Shown here: one piece after another, positions 38,953-48,739 of the stretch
Numbering within the stretch: the first letter of the stretch is position 1
Layout: each line of letters starts with the position of its first letter
Assembly (NCBI GenBank): GCA_964601965.1
Contig: CAZRPJ010000011.1
Span: forward strand, 221 to 64,220
Source: an uncultured Croceivirga sp.
Lineage (GTDB): Bacteria; Bacteroidota; Bacteroidia; Flavobacteriales; Flavobacteriaceae
Direction of reading: 5' to 3'
Length of the DNA stretch: 64,000 nucleotides
Position numbers and translations under genes: made by a program
Notes under the pieces: generated by a model
Told to the model about the DNA's origin: nothing
Database searches by the model: none
The model's input: the letters and a program-made list of their open reading frames with translations, nothing else

Positions 38953-39927
38953 TTAGGGTTTTAAAGCTTCTATAAGGGCGCTTTCAAAAAGTTCTCCTAA
39001 AGAAATACCGGCAGCTTGTGCTTGCTGTGGTAAAATACTTTCTTCTGTAAGACCTGGTGTGGTATTGACTTCTAATAAATACGGTTGGTCTCCTTGGAAA
39101 ATAAATTCACTGCGTGTGTATCCTTTTAGCTTCAATATATGGTAGATCTTTTGAGCTACTTCAGTGACATTTTTTAATCGAATCTCCGATATTCTTGCAG
39201 GTGTTATTTCTTGAGATTTCCCCTGGTATTTTGCTTCATAATCAAAGAAATCGTTTTCACTTACAATTTCTGTAATTGGCAATACAGTACATTTCCCTTG
39301 GTAGGTAATAACCCCCACAGAGACCTCGGTGCCTTCTAAAAAAGATTCAATTAAAACCTCATCATCTTCTTTAAATGCAGAGGCCAAGGCGGCATCAATT
39401 TCGTCTTTGTGGTAGACTTTGCTTATGCCAAAACTACTACCAGCTCTATTGGCCTTTACAAAGCAGGGCAGTCCCACCTTTGCGACAATGGCTTCTTTAT
39501 CTATGGTGTCTCCTTTGTTTACGTAGTAAGAAGTAGCGCATTTAATATCAAAAGGTTGAAGTACGGATAAAAGATCACGCTTATTAAAAGTTAAGGCAGC
39601 TTGGTATGCATTACAGGAGGTATGGGGGATCGCTAATAATTCAAAATAAGCTTGTAGTAACCCATCTTCACCAGGCGTCCCATGAATGGCATTAAAAACA
39701 CAGTCGAAAGAAATTTTCTGCCCATTAAGGTTTAAACTAAAATCGGCTCTATTCACTTCATGCCGCGTTTCTTTATTTTGGTAATACCAAGAATCTCGCT
39801 CAATTGTAATTGGATAAAGCTCGTACTTTTCAGGGTCTAGATGGCGATATACTACGTTTCCACTCTTTAAGGAAATGTTGTATTCACTGGAGTAGCCTCC
39901 CATGATTATTGCAATGTTCTTCTTCAA
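38953..39927 (-). CDS. ddl: D-alanine--D-alanine ligase
   Basis: MGGYSSEYNISLKSG, HGTPGEDG, GSSFG, LEVNTTPG. Likely TTG start at 39927. Confidence 0.95.
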   Translation of the reverse strand: MKKNIAIIMGGYSSEYNISLKSGNVVYRHLDPEKYELYPITIERDSWYYQNKETRHEVNRADFSLNLNGQKISFDCVFNAIHGTPGEDGLLQAYFELLAIPHTSCNAYQAALTFNKRDLLSVLQPFDIKCATSYYVNKGDTIDKEAIVAKVGLPCFVKANRAGSSFGISKVYHKDEIDAALASAFKEDDEVLIESFLEGTEVSVGVITYQGKCTVLPITEIVSENDFFDYEAKYQGKSQEITPARISEIRLKNVTEVAQKIYHILKLKGYTRSEFIFQGDQPYLLEVNTTPGLTEESILPQQAQAAGISLGELFESALIEALKP

Positions 39928-40000
39928 GTTGGTCGAATAAGCGCTACCAAAGTAATTAAAAAAGGGCTGTTTTTCTATATTTGCCTCCAAACTCCTAGGT

Positions 40001-40591
40001 ATGAGGAATTTTTTAGATTTTCTCCGAAGTAAAACATTTTTTATCCAATTAGGATTGGCAGTACTTGTACTTATCGCCGTGTGCTTTCTTACGTTGCGAT
40101 GGTTAAAGAGTACTACCAACCATGGTGAATTTGTAGCTGTACCAGACTTTTCTAAGATGTCTGTGATGGAGATGAGAAAAGCAGCGGAAGATGCAGGATT
40201 GCGCTATGAAGTGCTGGACTCTACCAATTTCAATCCAGAGTATCCAAGATTTTCAATTTTGGAACAAAACCCACCAGCGGGAACCAAGGTGAAAGAAAAC
40301 CGGAAAATTTACTTCACAGTAAACCCTTCTGGGTATAAAAAAGTAACAGTTCCTAAAATTATACAAGTAACGCAGCGCAACGCTACTTCTATGTTGCGGG
40401 CCGTAGGTTTAGATGTGCAACGGGTCACCTATATCAATGAATTAGGAAAAGATATGGTGTACTACATCAAGTTTAAAGGCCAAGAGGTAAACCCTGGAGA
40501 CAAGTTGCCTAAAACTTCTAAAGTTGAACTCATTTGTGGCAATGGTACTATCCCAGGAAGTGCAATTATTAAAGCAGAATCTCAGCAATAA
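40001..40591 (+). CDS. PASTA domain-containing membrane protein
   Basis: N-terminal TM, VPDFSKM and VPKIIQV PASTA repeats, -7 box TATATTTG at 39976-39983. Confidence 0.88.
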   Translation: MRNFLDFLRSKTFFIQLGLAVLVLIAVCFLTLRWLKSTTNHGEFVAVPDFSKMSVMEMRKAAEDAGLRYEVLDSTNFNPEYPRFSILEQNPPAGTKVKENRKIYFTVNPSGYKKVTVPKIIQVTQRNATSMLRAVGLDVQRVTYINELGKDMVYYIKFKGQEVNPGDKLPKTSKVELICGNGTIPGSAIIKAESQQ

Positions 40592-41613
40592 TGGAACATG
40601 CTGAAGGCGAAGATATTTCGCAAGACGAACTCTTTGAACATTACAGATTTGAGGCTTCTAAGGGGCAAGATCCGCTTAGAGTAGATAAATTTTTAATGAA
40701 CTTCATAGAAAATGCTACTCGAAATAAAATTCAGCAAGCCGCAAAGCAAGGCCATATTTGGGTAAATGGGACTCAGGTAAAACAAAATTATCGCGTTAAA
40801 GCAGGGGATGAGGTAAAAGTTCTTTTTGAGCATCCACCCTATGAATTTTTATTAACTCCTGAAGACATCCCCTTAGATATAGTCTATGAAGACGAGGTTG
40901 TACTGGTGGTGAACAAACCAGCGGGGATGGTTGTACACCCAGGCCATGGAAATTATTCGGGTACTTTAATAAATGCTTTAGTACATCACTTTAAAGAATT
41001 GCCAAACAATAGTTCGGGTAGGCCGGGATTGGTGCATAGGATAGACAAGGATACCTCTGGGCTATTGGTAATTGCAAAAACAGATGAGGCCATGACCCAC
41101 CTGGCACAACAGTTTTTTGAAAAATCAACCCAACGCGAGTATCTGGCATTGGTATGGGGCAACCTAACAGAAGATGAAGGGACCATTGAAGGCCATTTAG
41201 GAAGGAACCCCAAGAATAGATTACAGATGACAGTTTTTCCAGAAGGAGATCATGGAAAAGAGGCTATTACCCATTACAAGGTGGTGGAACGTTTGGGGTA
41301 CGTCACCTTAATTACTTGCCAATTAGAAACCGGCCGAACGCACCAAATAAGGGCGCACATGAAATATTTGGGACATACCCTATTTAACGATGAGCGCTAT
41401 GGAGGGAACAAAATTTTAAAGGGCACCACCTTCACAAAATACAAGCAGTTTGTAGAAAACTGTTTTAAACAGCTCCCACGGCAGGCATTACATGCTAAAA
41501 CCTTGGGATTTGTACACCCAATCTCTGGGGAGTCTATGTCTTTTAATTCGGACATTCCCGAAGATATGGCCGGCTGTATTGAAAAGTGGCGAAACTATGC
41601 CAAGCATGCTTAG
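40591..41613 (+). CDS. rluD: RluA-family pseudouridine synthase with S4 domain (RluD-like)
   Basis: RVDKFL S4 domain, VNKPAGMVVHP, VHRIDKDTSG, TGRTHQIR. Confidence 0.88.
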   Translation: MEHAEGEDISQDELFEHYRFEASKGQDPLRVDKFLMNFIENATRNKIQQAAKQGHIWVNGTQVKQNYRVKAGDEVKVLFEHPPYEFLLTPEDIPLDIVYEDEVVLVVNKPAGMVVHPGHGNYSGTLINALVHHFKELPNNSSGRPGLVHRIDKDTSGLLVIAKTDEAMTHLAQQFFEKSTQREYLALVWGNLTEDEGTIEGHLGRNPKNRLQMTVFPEGDHGKEAITHYKVVERLGYVTLITCQLETGRTHQIRAHMKYLGHTLFNDERYGGNKILKGTTFTKYKQFVENCFKQLPRQALHAKTLGFVHPISGESMSFNSDIPEDMAGCIEKWRNYAKHA

Positions 41614-41981
41614 CTCCAAATAGCTTTATATTTAGGCCAATGGTCTAAGAGTACCCAGCAATTAATTGCCAAAATTACAATGCCAATAACGAGCCCTGTT
41701 GGTTCATGCACTATATGATGTACAAGTATACCCACACTAACAGGCAGCATGACCAAGGCACCAAGCGCTCTAAGTTTTGGGAGTATAAAAAATAGTCCAC
41801 CTACAATTTCGGCTAGAGCAACTAGGGGTAGAAGCCATTTAATGGCCATAAAATGACCGAACATTTCTAGTTGTGCTTCTGTAAGTTCTGGCATTGGCAA
41901 ATACTGTAAGAGCTTGTTTAGTCCTGAATTGAGCATAAAAAGCCCAAATAGAACGCAGATAATTCCTTTTACTATTTTCAT
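41610..41981 (-). CDS. DoxX family membrane protein
   Basis: Four hydrophobic helices, SGLNKL, AEIVGG. Likely start MKIVKG. Confidence 0.8.
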   Translation of the reverse strand: MKIVKGIICVLFGLFMLNSGLNKLLQYLPMPELTEAQLEMFGHFMAIKWLLPLVALAEIVGGLFFILPKLRALGALVMLPVSVGILVHHIVHEPTGLVIGIVILAINCWVLLDHWPKYKAIWS

Positions 41982-42049
41982 CTTATTGGTACTTAGGTAC
42001 TTCAATGTAATTAAAAAACCCAGTATTTTTGCAAGTAAATTGCAATTGA

Positions 42050-42811
42050 ATGAAGATCGTTATTTCTCCAGCGAAATCGTTGGACTTTGAAACTTCCTTA
42101 CCAACGGATCGTTATAGCTTACCAGGGTTTCTGGAAAAGTCAGAAAAATTAAACAAGGTATTGGCCAAAAAGAGCCCAAAGTCCTTGTCTAAATTAATGA
42201 GCATATCAGATAGCTTAGCGCAGTTAAATTGGGAACGTAACCAAGCGTTTTCTTTACCCTTTACCACAGAGAATGCAAGGCCTGCTGTTTTTGCGTTTGA
42301 TGGAGATGTTTACCAGGGCTTGGATGCTTATTCAATCGCTCAAGAAGATCTAGACAGACTTCAATCCATGTTGCGCATTCTTTCTGGTTTGTATGGTATT
42401 TTAAAACCGCTAGATCTTATGCAACCCTATCGCTTAGAAATGGGTACAGCTCTAAAAATAGGGAGGAAGAAAAATCTATATGAATTCTGGAAAAAGGAAG
42501 TGACTGATTCCTTAAATGCAGAGTTGGAACCTGGAGAACTGTTCATTAATCTGGCAAGTAATGAATATTTTAATGCCATTGATGCTAAAGGATTAAAAGT
42601 CCCAGTAGTCTCTCCCATATTTAAAGATTGGAAAAACGACCAGCTCAAAGTAATTAGTTTCTTTGCTAAAAAAGCACGTGGATCTATGGTGCGTTATATC
42701 CTAGACAGCAAAGCACATAGTTTAGATGATATTAAAGGTTTTAACTACGATGATTACGAGTTTAGTCCTGAACATACTTTAGATCCTAATAAACCAGTTT
42801 TTATTCGATAG
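42050..42811 (+). CDS. yaaA: Peroxide stress protein YaaA
   Basis: [39 protein letters not shown]. Confidence 0.94.
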   Translation: MKIVISPAKSLDFETSLPTDRYSLPGFLEKSEKLNKVLAKKSPKSLSKLMSISDSLAQLNWERNQAFSLPFTTENARPAVFAFDGDVYQGLDAYSIAQEDLDRLQSMLRILSGLYGILKPLDLMQPYRLEMGTALKIGRKKNLYEFWKKEVTDSLNAELEPGELFINLASNEYFNAIDAKGLKVPVVSPIFKDWKNDQLKVISFFAKKARGSMVRYILDSKAHSLDDIKGFNYDDYEFSPEHTLDPNKPVFIR

Positions 42812-42854
42812 AATATTTTTTGTTGGAAAGCGTTCCATAAATAAACGCTTTGTA

Positions 42855-43220
42855 ATGAAAACTTTAGTTCCGGCCTTTGCCCTCTTAGTTTTAGGTATTC
42901 TTCTGTCATCTTGCAGTGATAGGGATGACAATCTCACAAGCCCTAATATTAGGATTCAAAACCTTAGTAATCAGAATTTTGTTTCTGTGGTGGTACGTAC
43001 CGATACATTGGTTTTCGAAAATGTAAACGCCGATAGTTTTTCTGAATACCTCGCGTTTGAGGTAGCCTATGAACAAGATACCCTTAGAATAGAAGCAGAC
43101 TCCACAAGTTTGGTATTTATTCCAGATACTATTACTAGTCCCTTACCAATAGGATTATACACCTATCAGCTAAATATTGATGAGGAAGGGGAACTACTTT
43201 TTAATTTTAAAATAGACTAG
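42855..43220 (+). CDS. Hypothetical lipoprotein
   Basis: Lipobox LLSSC followed by an acidic, beta-rich domain. Confidence 0.75.
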   Translation: MKTLVPAFALLVLGILLSSCSDRDDNLTSPNIRIQNLSNQNFVSVVVRTDTLVFENVNADSFSEYLAFEVAYEQDTLRIEADSTSLVFIPDTITSPLPIGLYTYQLNIDEEGELLFNFKID

Positions 43221-43221
43221 G

Positions 43222-43350
43222 CTATTTCGCCTTTTCTACTGCTACTTTTTCTTCAACAGAGGTTCGCTTCTTAATTTTTCTTTTTCGGCGAGCCCCAAAT
43301 GAATTGTTTGCTATTTTTCCCCGTCGTGTTTTAAGATCTCCTTTTCCCAT
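43222..43350 (-). CDS. 30S ribosomal protein bTHX (below the ORF-track size cutoff)
   Basis: MGKGDLKTRRGKIANNSFGARRKRKIKKRTSVEEKVAVEKAK. Matches the MGKGDxxT.RGKI..G.R THX signature. -7-like TATCTTTA at 43365-43372. Confidence 0.9.
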   Translation of the reverse strand: MGKGDLKTRRGKIANNSFGARRKRKIKKRTSVEEKVAVEKAK

Positions 43351-43430
43351 AAATAGTTGAATTTTAAAGATATAAGGTACTAAAACGAACGCAGTTTTAA
43401 AAGTGGGTAAAAGCGGTACCTTTAGGGATT

Positions 43431-44090
43431 ATGTTTGTACATCAACATCCCTATACTCCCTTTTTATTTAAAGGCGTTCAAAAACTTATTGTAGGGACCT
43501 TACCACCTCCCAGATTTACTACGGGTGAATTAAAAGATGGAGATGTGGACTTTTGTTATGGGAGTCGAAATGGACAGCTTTGGCCCATTCTGAATAGAAT
43601 CTTTGACCTGCACTTAAAATTTGAAACTACGGAGGCTGCAGCACTGCAGCGGAAGAACTTTTTAGTGCAACAGAAAATAGGGGTAGTAGATATTGTAGAA
43701 AAAGCCTACCGCACCAAGATAGACGCCTCCGATCTAGGAATGCAAGATCCGGAATTACGCGATCTAATCAGTTATTTAGAACAATATCCAACGGTGCATA
43801 CGCTATTATTTATGGGAGGTAATAGTAAGAATGGGCCGGAATATTTTTTTAGAAAGCTTATAAAGCCTTATGGAATAAAGCTGCAAGTAGTAGTGGACCA
43901 GGTGCCAAGAATACATCAATTTACACACCCTTTAACCAATAAAATAGTAAAAACGGTTTCCCTCACCGCGCCTTCTGGGGCGGCTAACAGAGCTGTAGGA
44001 AGTTTAGACGCCTATAAAAAATTAAAAGATCAGGATCCCAATTTTAATACCTTAGATTTTAGAGTACAGCAGTACCAGAAGTTTTTTTAA
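43431..44090 (+). CDS. Uracil-DNA glycosylase superfamily protein (hypoxanthine DNA glycosylase-like)
   Basis: IVGTLPP, YGSRNGQLW and TAPSGAAN correspond to UDG-superfamily motifs. Confidence 0.75.
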   Translation: MFVHQHPYTPFLFKGVQKLIVGTLPPPRFTTGELKDGDVDFCYGSRNGQLWPILNRIFDLHLKFETTEAAALQRKNFLVQQKIGVVDIVEKAYRTKIDASDLGMQDPELRDLISYLEQYPTVHTLLFMGGNSKNGPEYFFRKLIKPYGIKLQVVVDQVPRIHQFTHPLTNKIVKTVSLTAPSGAANRAVGSLDAYKKLKDQDPNFNTLDFRVQQYQKFF

Positions 44091-44211
44091 GAAACCTGCC
44101 TTCATTGTTAGGTTTCCACAAGTCCTATCCTTAATTTGTGAGCAGCTTAACGAACGCTTTCAATTAGCAAATCAATTACGACCTTTAGGTAAGAATTAAA
44201 AGGAATACTGA

Positions 44212-46767
44212 ATGAACAAGATGCATCGGTCCAGGCGATTGGACGAATTTAAAAGATCTGTTACCAATAAGTTCAATATTTATAACAGCCTATTTTTAAG
44301 TCTGCCCTATGCAGATATGGAAAACGTAGGAATGTTAGTTCCTTTGCTTTTTGAGCAGTGTGAAAAAGGGCTTGCGGCAGGTAAAAAACCGCAGGACATA
44401 ATGGACAATTTCTTCACCCATTTTGCTGAAATTGACAGCGAACAGGACCGCATTGATTTTATGTTCCGGATCATTCAATACGTGGAACGCCAAGTGGTAT
44501 TATTTGATAGCGTCGAGGATTCTGCCTTTCCGAAATTGCAAGAATATACAGAGTCACTTTCTATAAAAGATTATTTCGAGCTTGTTGGGCAAAACAAAAA
44601 CTGGGATAAAATAAGTAAGCAATTAGCTTCTTTTAGTGCGCGAATTGTGTTAACTGCGCATCCCACACAGTTTTATACCCCCTCTGTATTGGATATTATT
44701 TCTGAACTACGTGCACTAATTGACGAGAACAGAGTAGATGATATTGATATTACATTGCAACAATTAGGATTAACCTCTTTAATCAATACGAAAAAGCCAA
44801 CACCCCTAGATGAAGCAAAGAACATCATTCACATTTTAAGGCACACGTATTATGATGCAATTGGAGAGCTTTTTCAGTATATAAAAAGCAATATTAGAAA
44901 TGCGAGCTTCGATAATTACGGCATTATAAAACTTGGTTTTTGGCCGGGGGGAGATCGTGATGGGAATCCTTTTGTAACGGCTTCTATTACAAGGAATGTA
45001 GCAGATGAACTGCGCATAACTCTTATGAAATGCTATTACAACGAGCTTAAAGTGCTTCGTAAAAAGCTAACATTTAAAGGTATTCAAGAACCCATTAATT
45101 CCTTGAATGAAAGCCTTTATCGTGCAATGTTTCAGAAGAATTTTGTGATCTCCTATGCAGAGATTGTTGAGAAGCTAACGGCGATTAAAGAAATTTTAAT
45201 TGCCGACTATCATTCGCTCTACATAGATGAGTTAAACATGTTGTTAGATAAGGTGCATATTTTTAAAACACACTTTGCAACCTTAGACATACGACAGGAC
45301 CATAGCAAGCACTACCTAGTAATTGAAACCATTTTAAAGAAGCAGGGTGTAATTAAAGAAGGCTTAGACGAACTCTCTAAAGACCAATTAAAAAAGCTGC
45401 TTCTAGAAGAATCCTTTCAGTTGAACCCAGAAGATTATGAAGAGGAGATTGTGCGTGATACAATTACTAATATCTCCCAATTAAAAGCGATTCAGGAAGC
45501 GAATGGGGAAGAAGGATGCAATAGATACATCATTAGTAATTCCGAAGATATCTTTTCTGTCTTGTTTGTCTTTGGACTCTTTAGATGGTGCGGCTGGGAA
45601 GCAGATGCCATTTCTTTTGATATTATTCCGCTTTTTGAAACCATGCGGGGTATGGAGGCTTCTGAAGAAGTCATGCAGGCCCTATTTGACACCCCAGTAT
45701 ATCGCCAGCATTTAGAACAGCGGGCTGATACGCATACCATTATGCTTGGTTTTTCTGATGGTACTAAAGATGGTGGCTACTTAAAGGCCAATTGGAGTAT
45801 TCTTAAGACCAAAGAAACTTTAAGTAAGGTCTGTAAAAAGAATGGAATTAAAGCGATTTTCTTTGATGGTAGGGGAGGACCGCCGGCCAGAGGAGGTGGA
45901 AAGACGCATCGTTTTTATGCTGCGCAAACCAAGGATGTTGCCAATCATGAAATACAGTTAACTATTCAAGGACAAACCATTACCAGTACCTACGGCACTA
46001 CTGCACAGTTTATACACAATGCAGAGCAGATGCTTACAGCTGGGTTAAGTAATAACCTGTATGGTAAACAGCACGTAATTTCTACCAAGCAACGTAAGCT
46101 AATAGAAGAACTATCAGAACTGGGATATGCCAAGTATGAGGCCTTAAAACAGCATGAGAAGTTTATTCCTTATTTAGAGAACCGCAGCACACTCAAGTAT
46201 TATTCCAACGCCAATATTGGGAGCAGGCCTGGCAAGCGAGGAAACAAAAAGCAATTGACATTATCTGATTTAAGAGCAATCTCTTTTGTTGGTTCTTGGA
46301 GTCAGTTAAAACAAAATGTGCCGGGGTATTTTGGGTTGGGCACAGCTATAGAAAAGTATAAGAACGAAGGAAAACTTAATGAAGTTAAGAAGTTATACAA
46401 AGAAGTTCCATTCTTTAGAGCTTTAATGCATAACAGCATGATGTCCTTAGCAAAGACTAACTTTAAACTCACCAGCTATATGAAGGATGATCCTGAATTT
46501 GGTGAGTTTTGGAATATATTACACCAAGAGTTTTTGCTTTCTAAAAAGATGCTTTTGCTTATTTCAGGGAACACCATTTTAATGGAAGACGAAGCCGTTT
46601 CCAGAGAATCTGTACGTATTAGAGAACGCATAGTATTACCGCTTTTGGTAATACAACAAAATGCACTCTATCATATTACACAAAACTCAGATAATAAATC
46701 GCTCTATGAAAAAATAGTGACGCGATCACTCTATGGAAACATTAACGCGAGTAGAAACTCTGCTTAA
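44212..46767 (+). CDS. ppc: Phosphoenolpyruvate carboxylase
   Basis: VLTAHPT, GGDRDGNP, MLGFSDGTKDGG, GRGGPPARGGG, LRAISFV. Confidence 0.96.
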   Translation: MNKMHRSRRLDEFKRSVTNKFNIYNSLFLSLPYADMENVGMLVPLLFEQCEKGLAAGKKPQDIMDNFFTHFAEIDSEQDRIDFMFRIIQYVERQVVLFDSVEDSAFPKLQEYTESLSIKDYFELVGQNKNWDKISKQLASFSARIVLTAHPTQFYTPSVLDIISELRALIDENRVDDIDITLQQLGLTSLINTKKPTPLDEAKNIIHILRHTYYDAIGELFQYIKSNIRNASFDNYGIIKLGFWPGGDRDGNPFVTASITRNVADELRITLMKCYYNELKVLRKKLTFKGIQEPINSLNESLYRAMFQKNFVISYAEIVEKLTAIKEILIADYHSLYIDELNMLLDKVHIFKTHFATLDIRQDHSKHYLVIETILKKQGVIKEGLDELSKDQLKKLLLEESFQLNPEDYEEEIVRDTITNISQLKAIQEANGEEGCNRYIISNSEDIFSVLFVFGLFRWCGWEADAISFDIIPLFETMRGMEASEEVMQALFDTPVYRQHLEQRADTHTIMLGFSDGTKDGGYLKANWSILKTKETLSKVCKKNGIKAIFFDGRGGPPARGGGKTHRFYAAQTKDVANHEIQLTIQGQTITSTYGTTAQFIHNAEQMLTAGLSNNLYGKQHVISTKQRKLIEELSELGYAKYEALKQHEKFIPYLENRSTLKYYSNANIGSRPGKRGNKKQLTLSDLRAISFVGSWSQLKQNVPGYFGLGTAIEKYKNEGKLNEVKKLYKEVPFFRALMHNSMMSLAKTNFKLTSYMKDDPEFGEFWNILHQEFLLSKKMLLLISGNTILMEDEAVSRESVRIRERIVLPLLVIQQNALYHITQNSDNKSLYEKIVTRSLYGNINASRNSA

Positions 46768-47208
46768 GCGTTTTCTAGTTTTTTTTTGAAACACGTTGGG
46801 TTTGCGTACCAAATACCTTTTATGAAAATAGGTCTTTTTACGTATCTCTGCTTCTAAGGAGTGCAATACATCGTTTACTGCAATTTCAAACTCATCTTTG
46901 CGCATAGGTTTCATTAAAAAGCGTGCAATGTTGTATTCTTTTGCGCGTTCAGAGAATTTTTTCCAAGAAGAATTTAAGATGATTTTTGATGGAATGTCAA
47001 TTTCATCTAATACATCAAAAGCGGTGACATCTTCCAAAAGAACATCTAGGAATACAATGTCTACTTTATGTTTTTTAATAGCTTCAAATCCTTCATAAGG
47101 ATCTGCAAATGCTCCAACAAATTCTAACTGTGGATGATTTTTAATGAGGAAAGTAATGGCAAGACGATGCACAGAAGAATCGTCTATAACGATAGCTTTG
47201 TAGGTCAT
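46726..47208 (-). CDS. Orphan response regulator; LytTR-type receiver without a DNA-binding domain
   Basis: VIDDS, FLDV, MKP, then a short basic tail. Likely start MTYKA at 47208. Confidence 0.8.
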   Translation of the reverse strand: MTYKAIVIDDSSVHRLAITFLIKNHPQLEFVGAFADPYEGFEAIKKHKVDIVFLDVLLEDVTAFDVLDEIDIPSKIILNSSWKKFSERAKEYNIARFLMKPMRKDEFEIAVNDVLHSLEAEIRKKTYFHKRYLVRKPNVFQKKTRKRLSRVSTRVNVSIE

Positions 47209-47539
47209 GGTTTGTGTTTTAGTGTTACCCAAAGCTACCAAGCTTTTTTAGGGTGCCTTAAAATTGGGGTTAAAGCCCAAATTATTTCGATAAAGCACCA
47301 TTATCACCTAACTACTTAAGGAAGAATGAATAACATGCTAGACGAACGGATTGTTTTTATCGAGCTAAGAACACGTTTATTGTTTTTTGAAAAATTTGAC
47401 CGTATTAAAACCGGCCTGAACCCAGTATTTGGGTGGATTGATCTTTCCAATGAGCGGTTAGTTCCTTTCATGGTTGCTATTTTAGCCTTGAGGCAACCTA
47501 CTTTAAGATGAAGTCGTCTTTTAAACAAATGGGTATACC

Positions 47540-48739
47540 ATGAAAACAAGACTTTATTACATAGATTGGTTACGGGTATTGGCGTTCCTAACCCTCATTT
47601 TGTTTCATTGTGCGGTTCCATTTGTAGCGGATTATACTTGGGAGATAAATAACAAAGAAACCTCTCCTTGGATAACCAGAATAATTTGGTGGGTACATCA
47701 ATGGCGTTTGCCCTTGCTATTTTTTATAGCTGGAGTAGGGGTGCGATTTTCTTTAAAAAAGCGAAGCATTCCAAAATTTTTTGGTGAACGTGTGGTACGA
47801 TTATTCATTCCTCTTGTGTTTGCCATCTTTTTTATAACTCCTATCCAAGTGTATTTCGAATGGTTACAGAACGGCCGAATTTCAATGGGATACTTGGAAT
47901 TTTATCCTTCCGTTTTTGAAATAGTTCCGTATCCAGATGGCTCCTTTACTTGGAGTCATATGTGGTTTGTTGCCTATCTCTTTGTTTTTACCATTTTGCT
48001 ATTGCCATTATTTGCGCTCAGTAAAGTAAAGGGCACCCAAAAAATTCAAGGTAAAATTGATTCGATGTTTAAAAAACCAATCCTCCATTTTATACTTGCC
48101 ATCCCTTTTGTTGCATTAATTTATGGGTTGTATCTAGATTGGCCCGAGCAAGGCAGCTTAATTGATGATTGGTATGTATTTTGTTCTTCGATTGCCTTTT
48201 ATTTCCTAGGTTTCATAGTTAGTGCTCTCCCTAATTTTTGGCAAACCTGTCTTGAGAAAAGACGACTGTTTCTTTCGTTTGCTTTGGGTATTGCCTTGGT
48301 ATTATTTATTCAGTTTTTTTGGAATTGGGAAGCCTCTAAACCAACTCAACGAACTTTGCAATTTTATTGGTTTGGTCTTTTAAGCGGCATTCATACTTGG
48401 ATGATTATTTTAAGCTGTATAGGCTATGCCATGCGCTATTTAAACTTTTCTAGTCGGCGACTTCAATATTTAAATTCGGCCGTCTATCCGTTTTATATTT
48501 TGCATCAAGCTGTGATTGTGGCTTCGGGCTATTACTTATTAGCGTTGCCACTTCCTATTTTAGTCAAGTTCATCCTTTTGGTGGTAGTTTGTACAGGAGT
48601 TATTGTTCTGTTGTACCATTTTATAATTCGCAAAACGATGATAACTCGCGTACTTTTTGGTATGCGTTGGAATCAACAAATTATTGATCGAAAAAAGGAA
48701 ATCACCAACTACTCCGGAGCCGCAGATAAGATTCCATAA
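47540..48739 (+). CDS. Acyltransferase-3 family membrane protein (OpgC-like)
   Basis: RLYYIDWLR, RLPLLFFIAG, RLFIP, HMWFVAYL, YPFYILHQ. Confidence 0.87.
   Translation: MKTRLYYIDWLRVLAFLTLILFHCAVPFVADYTWEINNKETSPWITRIIWWVHQWRLPLLFFIAGVGVRFSLKKRSIPKFFGERVVRLFIPLVFAIFFITPIQVYFEWLQNGRISMGYLEFYPSVFEIVPYPDGSFTWSHMWFVAYLFVFTILLLPLFALSKVKGTQKIQGKIDSMFKKPILHFILAIPFVALIYGLYLDWPEQGSLIDDWYVFCSSIAFYFLGFIVSALPNFWQTCLEKRRLFLSFALGIALVLFIQFFWNWEASKPTQRTLQFYWFGLLSGIHTWMIILSCIGYAMRYLNFSSRRLQYLNSAVYPFYILHQAVIVASGYYLLALPLPILVKFILLVVVCTGVIVLLYHFIIRKTMITRVLFGMRWNQQIIDRKKEITNYSGAADKIP

Noticed and set aside
38953-40119. Long N-terminal extensions in the ORF track (ddl to 40119, pyrE to 33688, trpC to 55018, ACBP to 27344)
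   Set aside because: They overlap neighbouring genes or promoters; family homology begins at the downstream starts given in the feature list.
44091-44116. Hairpin GAAACCT-N12-AGGTTTC after the glycosylase gene
   Set aside because: Short stem, large loop and no U tract; not supportable as a terminator.
47316-47549. ORFs of 61 aa (+) and 77 aa (-) in the 330-bp gap before the acyltransferase gene
   Set aside because: No recognisable motif or clear promoter, and they overlap each other. Probably regulatory or non-coding; the weak hairpins there are not convincing.
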